From: Leucoraja ocellata
Taxonomy: Eukaryota
DNA length: 64,000 nucleotides
Assembly (NCBI GenBank): GCA_036785375.1
Contig: JAWMAR010000399.1
Coordinates: 868,001-932,000, forward strand
Direction of reading: 5' to 3'
This document shows positions 42,701 through 54,700 of the stretch, in pieces. Numbering within the stretch: position 1 is the stretch's first letter; each line of letters starts with the position of its first letter. The notes beneath the pieces are model-generated. The model ran no database searches, was not told the origin of the DNA, and saw nothing but the letters and a program-made list of their open reading frames with translations. The position numbers and the translations under genes are program-made.

Positions 42701-45700
42701 GTTGTAGCTGGTGTTGTAGTTTCTGTTGGTCTGGTTGTACTTTCACATCTTCCTGTGTACTTCAGAACTTTACAATCTTCAGTACACAGAACAAAGTTAC
42801 AGAGGCCTGATTTACCTGTAGACGTCACAGTTGCCTGACCTGGAGGCAAAGAAAAGAAAATCAGGTTGTAATTTCAAAGTGTTTGCATCAAGAATCAAGA
42901 AAAAATGTACCTCCTTTGATCAAACACAGGGCGTTATTTTAAACTATTAAGAGCTTCATCTACATTAACTCAAATGGAAAAAACAAAAAAAGCAAAAAGA
43001 TTCTATAATTTATGTTGACATGTTTAGAACTGTGCATCAACTTCATCATTGGATGCATTTCTTGCTATCATCTGTACTTAGCAAGAGACAGATGTAGGGT
43101 CCACCGATGCTGCCTCACCCGATGAGTTTCACCAGAATTTTTGTCTAAGCAAGAGACAGCTGTAAAGCTCTTTATTGGATATGTGAACAGAAGAGCACTT
43201 TGATTACTGACACACTTACCTGGTGACATTATATGTCCGTCAACATCACATGAACAGATTGTAGTTCCTTTTGACGTTGGTGTTACTGTCACTGTTGTAG
43301 CTGATGTTGTGGTTTCTGTTGGTCTGGTTGTAGTTTCACATCTTCCTGTGTACTTCAGAATTTCACAATCCTCAGTACACATAGTAAAGTTACAGAGGCC
43401 TGATTTACCTGCAGAAGTCACAGTTGCCTGACCTGGAGGTAAAGAAAAACAAATTGGGTTGTGTCCACCTGAAGGTGATGAAACTGATAAATATTTTTAT
43501 GTATGATGTTGAAGTTGGTTCATGCATTTCACTTAGTAAGTAAATTTGAAATATGAGAATATTATTTCGCAGAATGCATCAAGGATCGGGACGTTCTGAA
43601 CCACATCTGTGCAAGCACCAGGGTCTGGTTGTGAAGCATAACATTTTGGCAAAGCTGGTTGCTGCTGATAGGTTGTGTAAAAGGGAATTGTAGAGTGAAT
43701 GTAAAAGCACAATACAGGAATCAGCACATGATTACGTGACAACTGCAGAACGGATACTATTGCGAGGAGATGGCAATGTCTCCTGAAGGTGCGTGATCAG
43801 GCGTGTACAATTAACCTTGCAAATGGGTGGACATACGTTGTCCCAATGAAAAGCAAGTGTGTGATTATTTGCCATCGATTGTCAATCAATGCTGCTGCCA
43901 TTTTCAGCTTTGGGATTATGTGTTTCTTTATCTTTTCAATGTGAATGGAAGAGCTCTGTGATAATTGACACACTTACCAGGGAGCATTTTTCGCCCGTCA
44001 TTCTCACAGGTACATGTGGTAGTTGCTCTTGACGTTGGTGTTACTGTCACTGTTGTAGCTGGTGTTGTAGTTTCTGTTGGTCTGGTTGTACTTTCACATC
44101 TTCCTGTGTACTTCAGAACTTTACAATCTTCAGTACACAGAACAAAGTTACAGAGGCCTGATTTATCTGTAGACGTCACAGTTGCCTGACCTGGAGGCAA
44201 AGAAAAGAAAATCAGGTTGTAATTTCAAAGTGTTTGCATCAAGAATCAAGAAAAAATGTACCTCCTTTGATCAAACACAGGGCTTGGTTTTAAACTATTA
44301 AGAGCTTCATCTACATTAACTCAAATGGAAAAAACTAAGAAAGCAAAAAGATTCTATAATTTATGTTGACATGTTTAGAACTGTGCATCAACTTCATAAT
44401 TGGATGCATTTCTTGCTATCATCTGCACTTAGCAAGAGACAGATGTAGGTTCCATAGATGCTGCCTCACCCAATGAGTTTCACCAGCATTTTTGTCTACC
44501 CAAGAGACAGCTGTAAAGCTCTTTCTTTGAAATGTGAACAGAAGAGCACTTTGATTACTGACACACTTACCTGGTGACATTATATGTCCGTCAACATCAC
44601 ATGAACAGATTGTAGTTCCTTTTGACGTTGGTGTTACTGTCACTGTTGTAGCTGATGTTGTGGTTTCTGTTGGTCTGGTTGTAGTTTCACATCTTCCTGT
44701 GTACTTCAGAATTTCACAATCCTCAGTACACATAGTAAAGTTACAGAGGCCTGATTTACCTGCAGAAGTCACAGTTGCCTGACCTGGAGGTAAAGAAAAA
44801 CAAATTGGGTTGTGTCCACCTGAAGGTGATGAAACTGATAAATATTTTTATGTATGATGTTGAAGTTGGTTCATGCATTTCACTTAGTAAGTAAATTTGA
44901 AATATGAGAATATTATTTCGCAGAATGCATCAAGGATCGGGACGTTCTGAACCACATCTGTGCAAGCACCAGGGTCTGGTTGTGAAGCATAACATTTTGG
45001 CAAAGCTGGTTGCTGCTGATAGGTTGTGTAAAAGGGAATTGTAGAGTGAATGTAAAAGCACAATACAGGAATCAGCACATGATTACGTGACAACTGCAGA
45101 ACGGATACTATTGCGAGGAGATGGCAATGTCTCCTGAAGGTGCGTGATCAGGCGTGTACAATTAACCTTGCAAATGGGTGGACATACGTTGTCCCAATGA
45201 AAAGCAAGTGTGTGATTATTTGCCATCGATTGTCAATCAATGCTGCTGCCATTTTCAGCTTTGGGATTATGTGTTTCTTTATCTTTTCAATGTGAATGGA
45301 AGAGCTCTGTGATAATTGACACACTTACCAGGGAGCATTTTTCGCCCGTCATTCTCACAGGTACATGTGGTAGTTGCTCTTGACGTTGGTGTTACTGTCA
45401 CTGTTGTAGCTGGTGTTGTAGTTTCTGTTGGTCTGGTTGTACTTTCACATCTTCCTGTGTACTTCAGAACTTTACAATCTTCAGTACACAGAACAAAGTT
45501 ACAGAGGCCTGATTTATCTGTAGACGTCACAGTTGCCTGACCTGGAGGCAAAGAAAAGAAAATCAGGTTGTAATTTCAAAGTGTTTGCATCAAGAATCAA
45601 GAAAAAATGTACCTCCTTTGATCAAACACAGGGCTTGGTTTTAAACTATTAAGAGCTTCATCTACATTAACTCAAATGGAAAAAACTAAGAAAGCAAAAA

Positions 45701-48700
45701 GATTCTATAATTTATGTTGACATGTTTAGAACTGTGCATCAACTTCATAATTGGATGCATTTCTTGCTATCATCTGCACTTAGCAAGAGACAGATGTAGG
45801 TTCCATAGATGCTGCCTCACCCAATGAGTTTCACCAGCATTTTTGTCTACCCAAGAGACAGCTGTAAAGCTCTTTCTTTGAAATGTGAACAGAAGAGCAC
45901 TTTGATTACTGACACACTTACCTGGTGACATTATATGTCCGTCAACATCACATGAACAGATTGTAGTTCCTTTTGACGTTGGTGTTACTGTCACTGTTGT
46001 AGCTGATGTTGTGGTTTCTGCTGGTCTGGTTGTAGTTTCACATCTTCCTGTGTACTTCAGAATTTCACAATCCTCAGTACACAGTGTAAAGTTACAGAGG
46101 CCTGATTTACCTGCAGAAGTCACAGTTGCTTGACCTGGAGGTAAAGAAAAACAAAACAGGTTTTGTCCACCTGAAGGTGATGAAACTGATGACTATCTTT
46201 ATGTATGATGTTGAAGTTGGATCATATCTTTCACTTGGGAAATAAGTTTGAAATATGAGAATATTATTTTGCAGAATGCATCAAGGATCGGGACGTTCTG
46301 AACCACATCTGTGCAAGCACCAGGGTCTGGTTGTGAAGCATAACATTTTGGCAAAGCTGGTTGCTGCTGACAGGCTGTGTAAAAGGGAATTGTAGAGTGA
46401 ATGTAAAAGCACAATACAGGAATCAGCAGACGATTAATTGACAACTGCAGAACGGATACTCAGTTGCATGATTCATTACTGCGAGGAGATGGCAATGTCT
46501 CCTGAAGGTGCGTGATCAGGCGTGTACAATTTTACTTCGGAGTCACGTGAGGGACTCCATGAAGAAGCCCGCCCACAGCGCATGCGTGCCATATCGCAAA
46601 CAACGCATGAACGAGTCGCACCTGGGGAGGACGTCCCCGTGAATGGGAGAATAAAAGCCGACGAACGGCAGGTAAGTGACTCTGCATTTCTGACTTGTTT
46701 TAGGAATGGACAGAGTGCCTACAAGAAAGTCGGTGAGGAAGCAGCAAATGAGTCAGGAAGGAGCCAGGGACCTGCAGCAGCAGCAGCCGTTGCCACAGGT
46801 GTTATCCATGGAGGAACCTGTGATGCCCGACTTGAGCCCCGCGCCGGCTACATCGATTGCTAGACCGGGCGGGAAGGCAAAACGAAAGTCCCATCACCTT
46901 AATTCGGGTGGTGGAGACAGTCCTTACCAGTTCAGGGGAACTGATGACCAGCTGCGGGATATGGAGCAGCCAGGAGCGGCCAGCCCTACGGAGCTGGAAA
47001 GCCGCTATCAGTGGATGGATGTCCAGCCGCCGGCGACAGGTGCTCGTGAGTACCGGGGTCGGGAAGCGCGGCAGGATAGTACGGAGCGGCCGGGAGCGAC
47101 CAGTGCAGGAAGGCATGGGGACCGGCAACGGGTACCGCGAGCGACTAGTGCCCGAGTGCACGGAAGTCGGTTGGAGCGGCCCGGGAAGCACCCGCGATCG
47201 ACTAGCGCCCGAGAGCGCGAAAGTCGGCTGGAGCGGCTGCTGGACGAAATTGTCCTTAGTGGCAGGCTCCGTGAGAGGCAAGATAGCCACAGTGGGCACT
47301 ATGTAAGCCCCACAGCAGGTTCCCTTAAAGGGCTGCGCGATATCTCAGACTCCTCTGAGGGGGATATTGAAAGTCTGATGAGCTCACAATCGGAGCAAGA
47401 GGTGGATTCGGCTTCTCCCATTGAAGGGAGGGAGCATAACTTCCTGGATATGGTGGGACAGTATTTTCAGCAGGAGCAGACCGGCAAGGACCTCGAGGAA
47501 AGGATGGCTGCAAGCATCGAATACATGTCCACACACCAGTTGCAGGCTAATACGATGGCTGAAGTATTGGCAAGGCATTTACCACCTCGGAATTGTAATG
47601 CGCTGCATGTAGCCAGTGTTAACAAGTGTATTTGGAAGCATGTTGGGGGGCGGTATAAGAAATCAGGATCTTAAGGTCCAAAACGCCCTCAAGAGTCTCA
47701 CAGCGGGGCTCACAGCTCTGGCCCGTTCCTTTGAGAATGTGGAAATGAATAGCGACCAAAAGGATGCATTAGCATTACTGTGTAATGTGCAGTTTGAATT
47801 GAATAACTTAAGGAAGGGAGCTATTCAGCCGGTACTTGACCCTAAATTCGCGGTCTTGTGCAAGGAGAGGGATATTAAACCTCAAACGCTTCTATTTGGT
47901 GGAGACTTGTCTAAGCAGGTCAAAGAGTTGGATGAGGAGGCCAGGACTTTGGGGCTGATAAGGGCAGCGAAGGGGTACCTAGGTAGAAGGTATCAACCCT
48001 ATGGGCGTCCTAGAAAGGGTGGCCAATTTAATACCACCAGGAATTGGAAAGAGAGGAGCCCACAGCGGCAACAGCGTCCTTTTTTAGGGGTTGGCCCGGG
48101 ACGTCCGCAGTGGAAAATGAGGAAGCCAGTACATCAGCAGCCATCGTATACCCAACAAGGGCCTCCACATCAGCGCACCAAACCAAGAAAATAAATAAAT
48201 TATCACCGATAACCATGGAGGTAGGTGAATCTGCGGCTCCGAAAGTTGTAGGGAGCATGGAAGTTGGAGGGGTATTGCAATTTCATTTGCAAGCATGGTG
48301 CAGTATAACTCAGGACAGATTTATCCTTAGCAGTATTAAGGGATATCTCATAGAGTTTATACATGAACATAACCCTCCAGTACAACATACACCGGACAGG
48401 AAATATATACTTACAAAATTAGAACAAGCAAAAGCTCACATAGAAATAAAAAGATTATTTAATCAAGGAGTCATTGAACAAACCAAACCTGAAAAACAGG
48501 AGTTTGTATCCAACATATTTATTAGGAATAAGAAAGATGGAGGTTGTCGAGTTATTATTGATTTGTCAACACTTAATAATTTTGTGCAATATGTTCATTT
48601 TAAAATGGATACGTTTAGCACTGCTATAGACTTAGTGTCTAAAGGCTATTTTATGGCAAGTATTGACCTTAAGGATGCTTACTATACAATACCCATTAGA

Positions 48701-51700
48701 TATAGGCACAGGAGATTTTTGAAATTTAATTGGATGGGACAGCTTTGGCAGTATAAGGCTTTGCCAAATGGACTTACGTCGGCGCCCAGGTTGTTTACAA
48801 AAATTCTAAAACCAGCCTTGGCACTGCTGCGACAACAAAATCATAGAGTAATGGCTTATTTGGATGATATCCTTATAGTGGGGAAAACTTACGAATTGGC
48901 ATGTCAGGCAGTGGAGGCCACCAAGCAATTGTTTCAACACCTGGGGTTTATTATCCATCCAATTAAGTCCAATTTAACACCATCAACTAATATGGATTAC
49001 CTGGGGTTCACCATTAACTCAATTGATATGCTAGTGACTTTACCTCTAGGGAAAGCCACAGAAATACAAAGTGATTGTTTAGAGCTTATTAATACTGTTA
49101 AGCCATCCATTAGACGGGTAGCCAGGATGATTGGGAAGATTGTGGCTGCTTTTCCTGCCATACAATTTGGACCATTACATTACCAAAACTTACAAAGAGA
49201 CAAAATTAGAGCACTTAAAAAGAATAGAGGCCATTTTGATAGGCCAATGGAGCTAACAATTGACGCTATAAAAGAACTACAATGGTGGGAACACAATGTT
49301 AAGTATGGCTCCAAACCAATAGTTATTGATAACCCGTCTATGGTATTACAAACAGATGCCAGTGCAATTGGTTGGGGTGCTACGGATACCATCTCGAGCT
49401 GTGGAGGGAGATGGAATATTCAAGAAGCTAACCTACTAAACACCACGGGTATAAATTATTTGGAAATGCTGAGTGCATTTCATGGGCTAAAGTCTTTTTG
49501 CTCAGGAATGTGCCAGCAGCATGTTAGGTTGCAGATAGACAATACCACGGTGGTGGCATATATAAATCATATGGGTGGAAATATATCAATATCTTGTGAC
49601 AAGTTGGCTAATTTAATTTGGCAATGGTGTATCCAAAGGGATATTTGGTTATCGGCTACGTACCTACCAGGGGTACTAAATTCAGTGGCGGACGCCAGGT
49701 CACGTAAATTTAATGAAAATACAGAATGGATGTTGAATAAAAAGGTCTTCGGGGCAATCATAGAAAAGTATGGAAGACCGGATATTGATCTTTTTGCATC
49801 CAGGTTAAATCACCAATTATCAAGGTATGTATCATGGGAACCAGATCCTGGGGCAGAAGCTACAGACGCTTTTTCTCTGCACTGGGGGAAATGGTTCATA
49901 TATGCATTTCCTCCTTTCTGCCTCATCAATCGGGTACTAAGAAAAATTCAACAGGATTCGGCATCTGGGATTCTCATAGTACCCGATTGGCCCACTCAAC
50001 CATGGTTCTCGGTGATACAGGATATGGTTTTGGAACCATGTATGCACTTGAAACATAGTAATAAGTTGCTGGTGCATCCAGTAACCCACGATAGCCATCC
50101 GTGTTATAAATATATTAATTTGTTGGCTTGTAGACTTTAAAGGAACCTCTACGAGATATGGGGCTATCCAGTAGAACGGTGGATATGATTACCGCAGCCC
50201 AAAGGAAGTCAACACAAAGACAATACTTATGTCACATTAAAAAATGGATTAATTACTGTGCTTATAATCATCTGGACCACAGGGATAAGAATGTGCCGGC
50301 AGTGCTAGAGTTCCTCACCAGTCTGCACTACGAAGGACTTGGTTATAGCACTATTAATAGTGCGAGAAGTGCTTTATCTACCTTTTTGTGGCAAGGATCA
50401 GATCACCTGTCCGTGGGGTCTCATCCGCTGGTAATAAAATTGTTGAGAGGAATCTTTAACACCAGACCTCCTAAACCTAGGTATACCCAGATCTGGGATG
50501 CAGGAGTGGTCCTCAACTTGCTGAGAACTTGGTCGCCGGCCACAGCATTGTCGCTGGACATGTTAACTCGAAAAATGGTTATGCTGATGGCGTTGGTTAC
50601 AGCACAGAGGGTCCAGTCACTGCAAAAGTTGAGACTGGATAGTTTCTCTAAGATGGCAGGACGGTTGGTCTTTGTTATACAGGACTTGGTTAAACAGAAC
50701 AGACCAGGATCAGCGGGACAAGTCCTTGAATTTCTCGCTTACCCTCAGGACGAACGTCTCTGTGTAATGACACATATTTTATTGTATATTGAACGGACTA
50801 AGGCCGTCAGAGGCAAAGAAATGGGGCTGTTAATCAGCTATAGGAAACCTTATAAAAGGGTGTCTACTCAGACTATTTCTAGATGGATTAAATATGGTTT
50901 AAATAAGGCAGGAGTGGACACTAATATTTTTAAATCTCACTCCACTAGGGCGGCAGCTACATCCGCAGCAAAACGCCTAGAGGTCTCCATGGACCAAATC
51001 CTCAGGACGGCAGGATGGTCGTCGGAGAGGACATTTCAAAGATTCTATAATAAACCACTAAGTGGTATAGAGTCGTTTTCGGGGAAACTTTTAAGTTCTG
51101 TGTTATAATTTATCCCTGAGGAATAAGGGTTATGATTTGATTTAATAAATATGATTTATTGTTACGTTATACAATTTGCATTAAGTTTCTGGTTTTTGAA
51201 ATCATTAACAATTTCTCCCAAACTACCAAGGCAGTTGTGAGGCATGGACTCGGATTTCCAGGGCGTGAGGTCACAGAGCTTTGAAATCTTCATGGAGTCC
51301 CTCACGTGACTCCGAAGTAAAATAGTAAGATTAAACGAGAACTTACCAGTTTGAAGTTTGATCTGTATTTTATGAGGAGGAACGTTGAGGGAATACATGC
51401 CCTCCGCTCGCACCCTCGTTGGGTCATATCTGGAGCTGGTATCTCTTTATAATCTTGCTATTTTAGGTCAATATTGGGTATCTGTGACCTCACACCACTG
51501 CTTTGAAGGATGACACGCATGCGCTGTGGGCGGGCTTCTTCATGTATTCCCTCAACGTTCCTCCTCATAAAATACAGATCAAACTTCAAACTGGTAAGTT
51601 CTCGTTTAATCTTATTATTAACCTTGCAAATGGGTGGACATACGTTGTCCCAATGAAAAGCAAGTGTGTGATTATTTGCCATCGATTGTCAATCAATGCT

Positions 51701-54700
51701 GCTGCCATTTTCAGCTTTGGGATTATGGATTTCTTTGTCTTTTCAATGTGAATGGAAGAGCTCTGTGATAATTGACACACTTACCAGGGAGCATTTTTCG
51801 CCCGTCATTCTCACAGGTACATGTGGTAGTTGCTCTTGATGTTGGTGTTACTGTCACTGTTGTAGCTGATGTTGTAGTTTCTGTTGGTCTGGTTGTACTT
51901 TCACATCTTCCTGTGTACTTCAGAACTTTACAATCTTCAGTACACAGAACAAAGTTACAGAGGCCTGATTTATCTGTAGACGTCACAGTTGCCTGACCTA
52001 GAGGCAAAGAAAAGAAAATCAGGTTGTAATTTCAAAGTGTTGGCATCTAGAATCAAGAAATGATGTACCTCCTTCGATCAAACACAGGGCTTAATTTCAT
52101 ATCGTAGCTTGTGGCTGGCAGGCCTTGTATAAGGGAATTGCGGAGAGAATATAATACTGAAATCAGCAGAAGAGTGAGCAGCAATTGCAGTAAGGTTGCT
52201 CAGTTGCATAGTTCATTTTTGGGCAGAAATAACTTTTTTCACGGGAGGCATGATCTGGCCCATAACAGAAACCATGGGCGGACCACAACATTTACAGTAT
52301 AAAAGTGTAGGTCCACATTGTGAGCAAACCTCTCTGATCAATGCTGCTGTCAAGCACAATGTAGGGGTGTTGAACTTTATCTTAACATGATGTTGCATTT
52401 AAGGAGCATTTGAGTCAAATCTATCCTGTTGCTCGGGGGTTGCAAGGAAGAAGCCTCCGGTGATTTTAAACTATTAAGAGCTTCATCCACATTAACTCAA
52501 ATGGAAAAAACTAAAAAAGCAAAAAGATTCTATAATTTATGTTGACATGTTTAGAACTGTGCATCAACTTCATAATTGGATGCATTTCTTGCTATCATCT
52601 GCACTTAGCAAGAGACAGATGTAGGTTCCACCGGTGCTGCCTCACCCGCTGAGTTTCACCAGAATTTTTGTCTACGCAAGAGACATCTGTAAAGCTCTTT
52701 ATTGGATATGTGAACAGAAGAGCACTTTGATTACTGACACACTTACCTGGTGACATTATATGTCCGTTAACATCACATGAACAGATTGTAGTTCCTTTTG
52801 ACGTTGGTGTTACTGTCACTGTTGTAGCTGATGTTGTGGTTTCTGCTGGTCTGGTTGTAGTTTCACATCTTCCTGTGTACTTCAGAATTTCACAATCCTC
52901 AGTACACATAGTAAAGTTACAGAGGCCTGATTTACCTGTAGAAGTCACAGTTGCCTGACCTGGAGGTAAAGAAAAACAAATCAGGGTTTGTCCAACTGAA
53001 GGTGATGAAACTGATGACTATCTTTATGTATGATGTTGAAGTTGGATCATGTCTTTCACTTGGGAAATAAGTTTGAAATATGAGAATATTATTTTGCAGA
53101 ATGCATCAAGGATCGGGACGTTCTGAACCACATCTGTGCAAGCACCAGGGTCTGGTTGTGAAGCATAGCATTTTGGTAAAGCTGGTTGCTGCTGACAGGC
53201 TGTGTAAAAGGGAATTGTAGAGTGAATGTAAGAGCACAATACAGGAATCAGCAGACGATTACTTGACAACTGCAGAACGGATAGTCAGTTGCATGATTCA
53301 TTATTGCGAGGAGATGGCAATGTCTCCTGAAGGTGCGTGATCAGGCGTGTACAATTAACCTTGCAAATGGGTGGACATACGTTGTCCCAATGAAAAGCAA
53401 GTGTGTGATTATTTGCCATCCATTGTCAATCAATGCTGCTGCCATTTTCAGCTTTGGGATTATGGATTTCTTTGTCTTTTCAATGTGAATGGAAGAGCTC
53501 TGTGATAATTGACACACTTACCAGGGAGCATTATTCGCCCGTCATTCTCACAGGTACATGTGGTAGTTGCTCTTGACGTTGGTGTTACTGTCACTGTTGT
53601 AGCTGATGTTGTAGTTTCTGTTGGTCTGGTTGTACTTTCACATCTTCCTGTGTACTTTAGAACTTTACAATCTTCAGTACACAGAACAAAGTTACAGAGG
53701 CCTGATTTACCTGTAGACGTCACAGTTGCCTGACCTAGAGGCAAAGAAAAGAAAATCCGGTTGTAATTTCAAAGTGTTGGCATCTAGAATCAAGAAATAA
53801 TGTACCTCCTTCGATCAAACACAGGGCTTGATTTCATATCGTAGCTTGTGGCTGGCAGGCCTTGTATAAGGGAATTGCGGAGAGAATATAATACAGAAAT
53901 CAGTAGAAGAGTGAGCGGCAATTGCAGTAAGGTTGCTCAGTTGCGTAGTTCATTTTTGGGCAGAAATAACTTTTTTCACTGGAGGCATGATCTGGCCCAT
54001 AACAGAAACCATGGGCGGACCACAACATTTACAGTATAAAAGTGTAGGTCCACATTGTGAGCAAACCTCTCTGATCTATGCTGCGATCAAGCACAATGTA
54101 GGGGTGTTGAACTTTATCGTAACATGATGTTGCATTTAAGGAGCATTTGTGTCAAATATGTCCTGTTGCTCAGTGGTTGCAAGGAAGAAGCCTCCGGTGA
54201 TTTTAAACTATTAAGAGCTTCATCTACATTAACTGAAATAGAAAAAACTAAAAAAGCAAAAAGATTCTATAATTTATGTTGACATGTTTAGAACTGTGCA
54301 TCAACTTCATAATTGGATGCATTTCTTGCTATCATCTGCACTTAGCAAGAGACAGATGTAGGTTCCATAGATGCTGCCTCAACCGATGAGTTTCACCAGC
54401 ATTTTTGTCTACCCAAGAGACAGCTGTAAAGCTCTTTATTGGATATGTGAACAGAAGAGCACTTTGATTACTGACACACTTACCTGGTGACATTATATGT
54501 CCGTTAACATCACATGAACAGATTGTCGTTCCTTTTGACGTTGGTGTTACTGTCACTGTTGTAGCTGATGTTGTGGTTTCTGTTGGTCTGGTTGTAGTTT
54601 CACATCTTCCTGTGTACTTCAGAATTTCACAATTCTCAGTACACAGAGTAAAGTTACAGAGGCCTGATTTACCTGCAGAAGTCACAGTTGCCTGACCTGG

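Larger units (their letters stand above)
46532..51616 (+). mobile_element. Full-length DIRS1-type tyrosine-recombinase retrotransposon (~5.08 kb), intronic and antisense to the mucin
   Basis: gag, RT/RNase H/Dam-like MT and YR ORFs; non-identical inverted termini; internal complementary region; interrupts the host intron at ATT. Confidence 0.97.

Noticed and set aside
46802-47306. Extra ORFs overlapping DIRS gag on both strands
   Set aside because: GC-rich, internally repetitive region depleted of stops; no motifs.
49700-50140. Adenine methyltransferase as a bacterial or phage contaminant or defence gene
   Set aside because: A Dam-like domain at the pol C-terminus is a standard part of DIRS1 elements, and the junctions are continuous with host intron.
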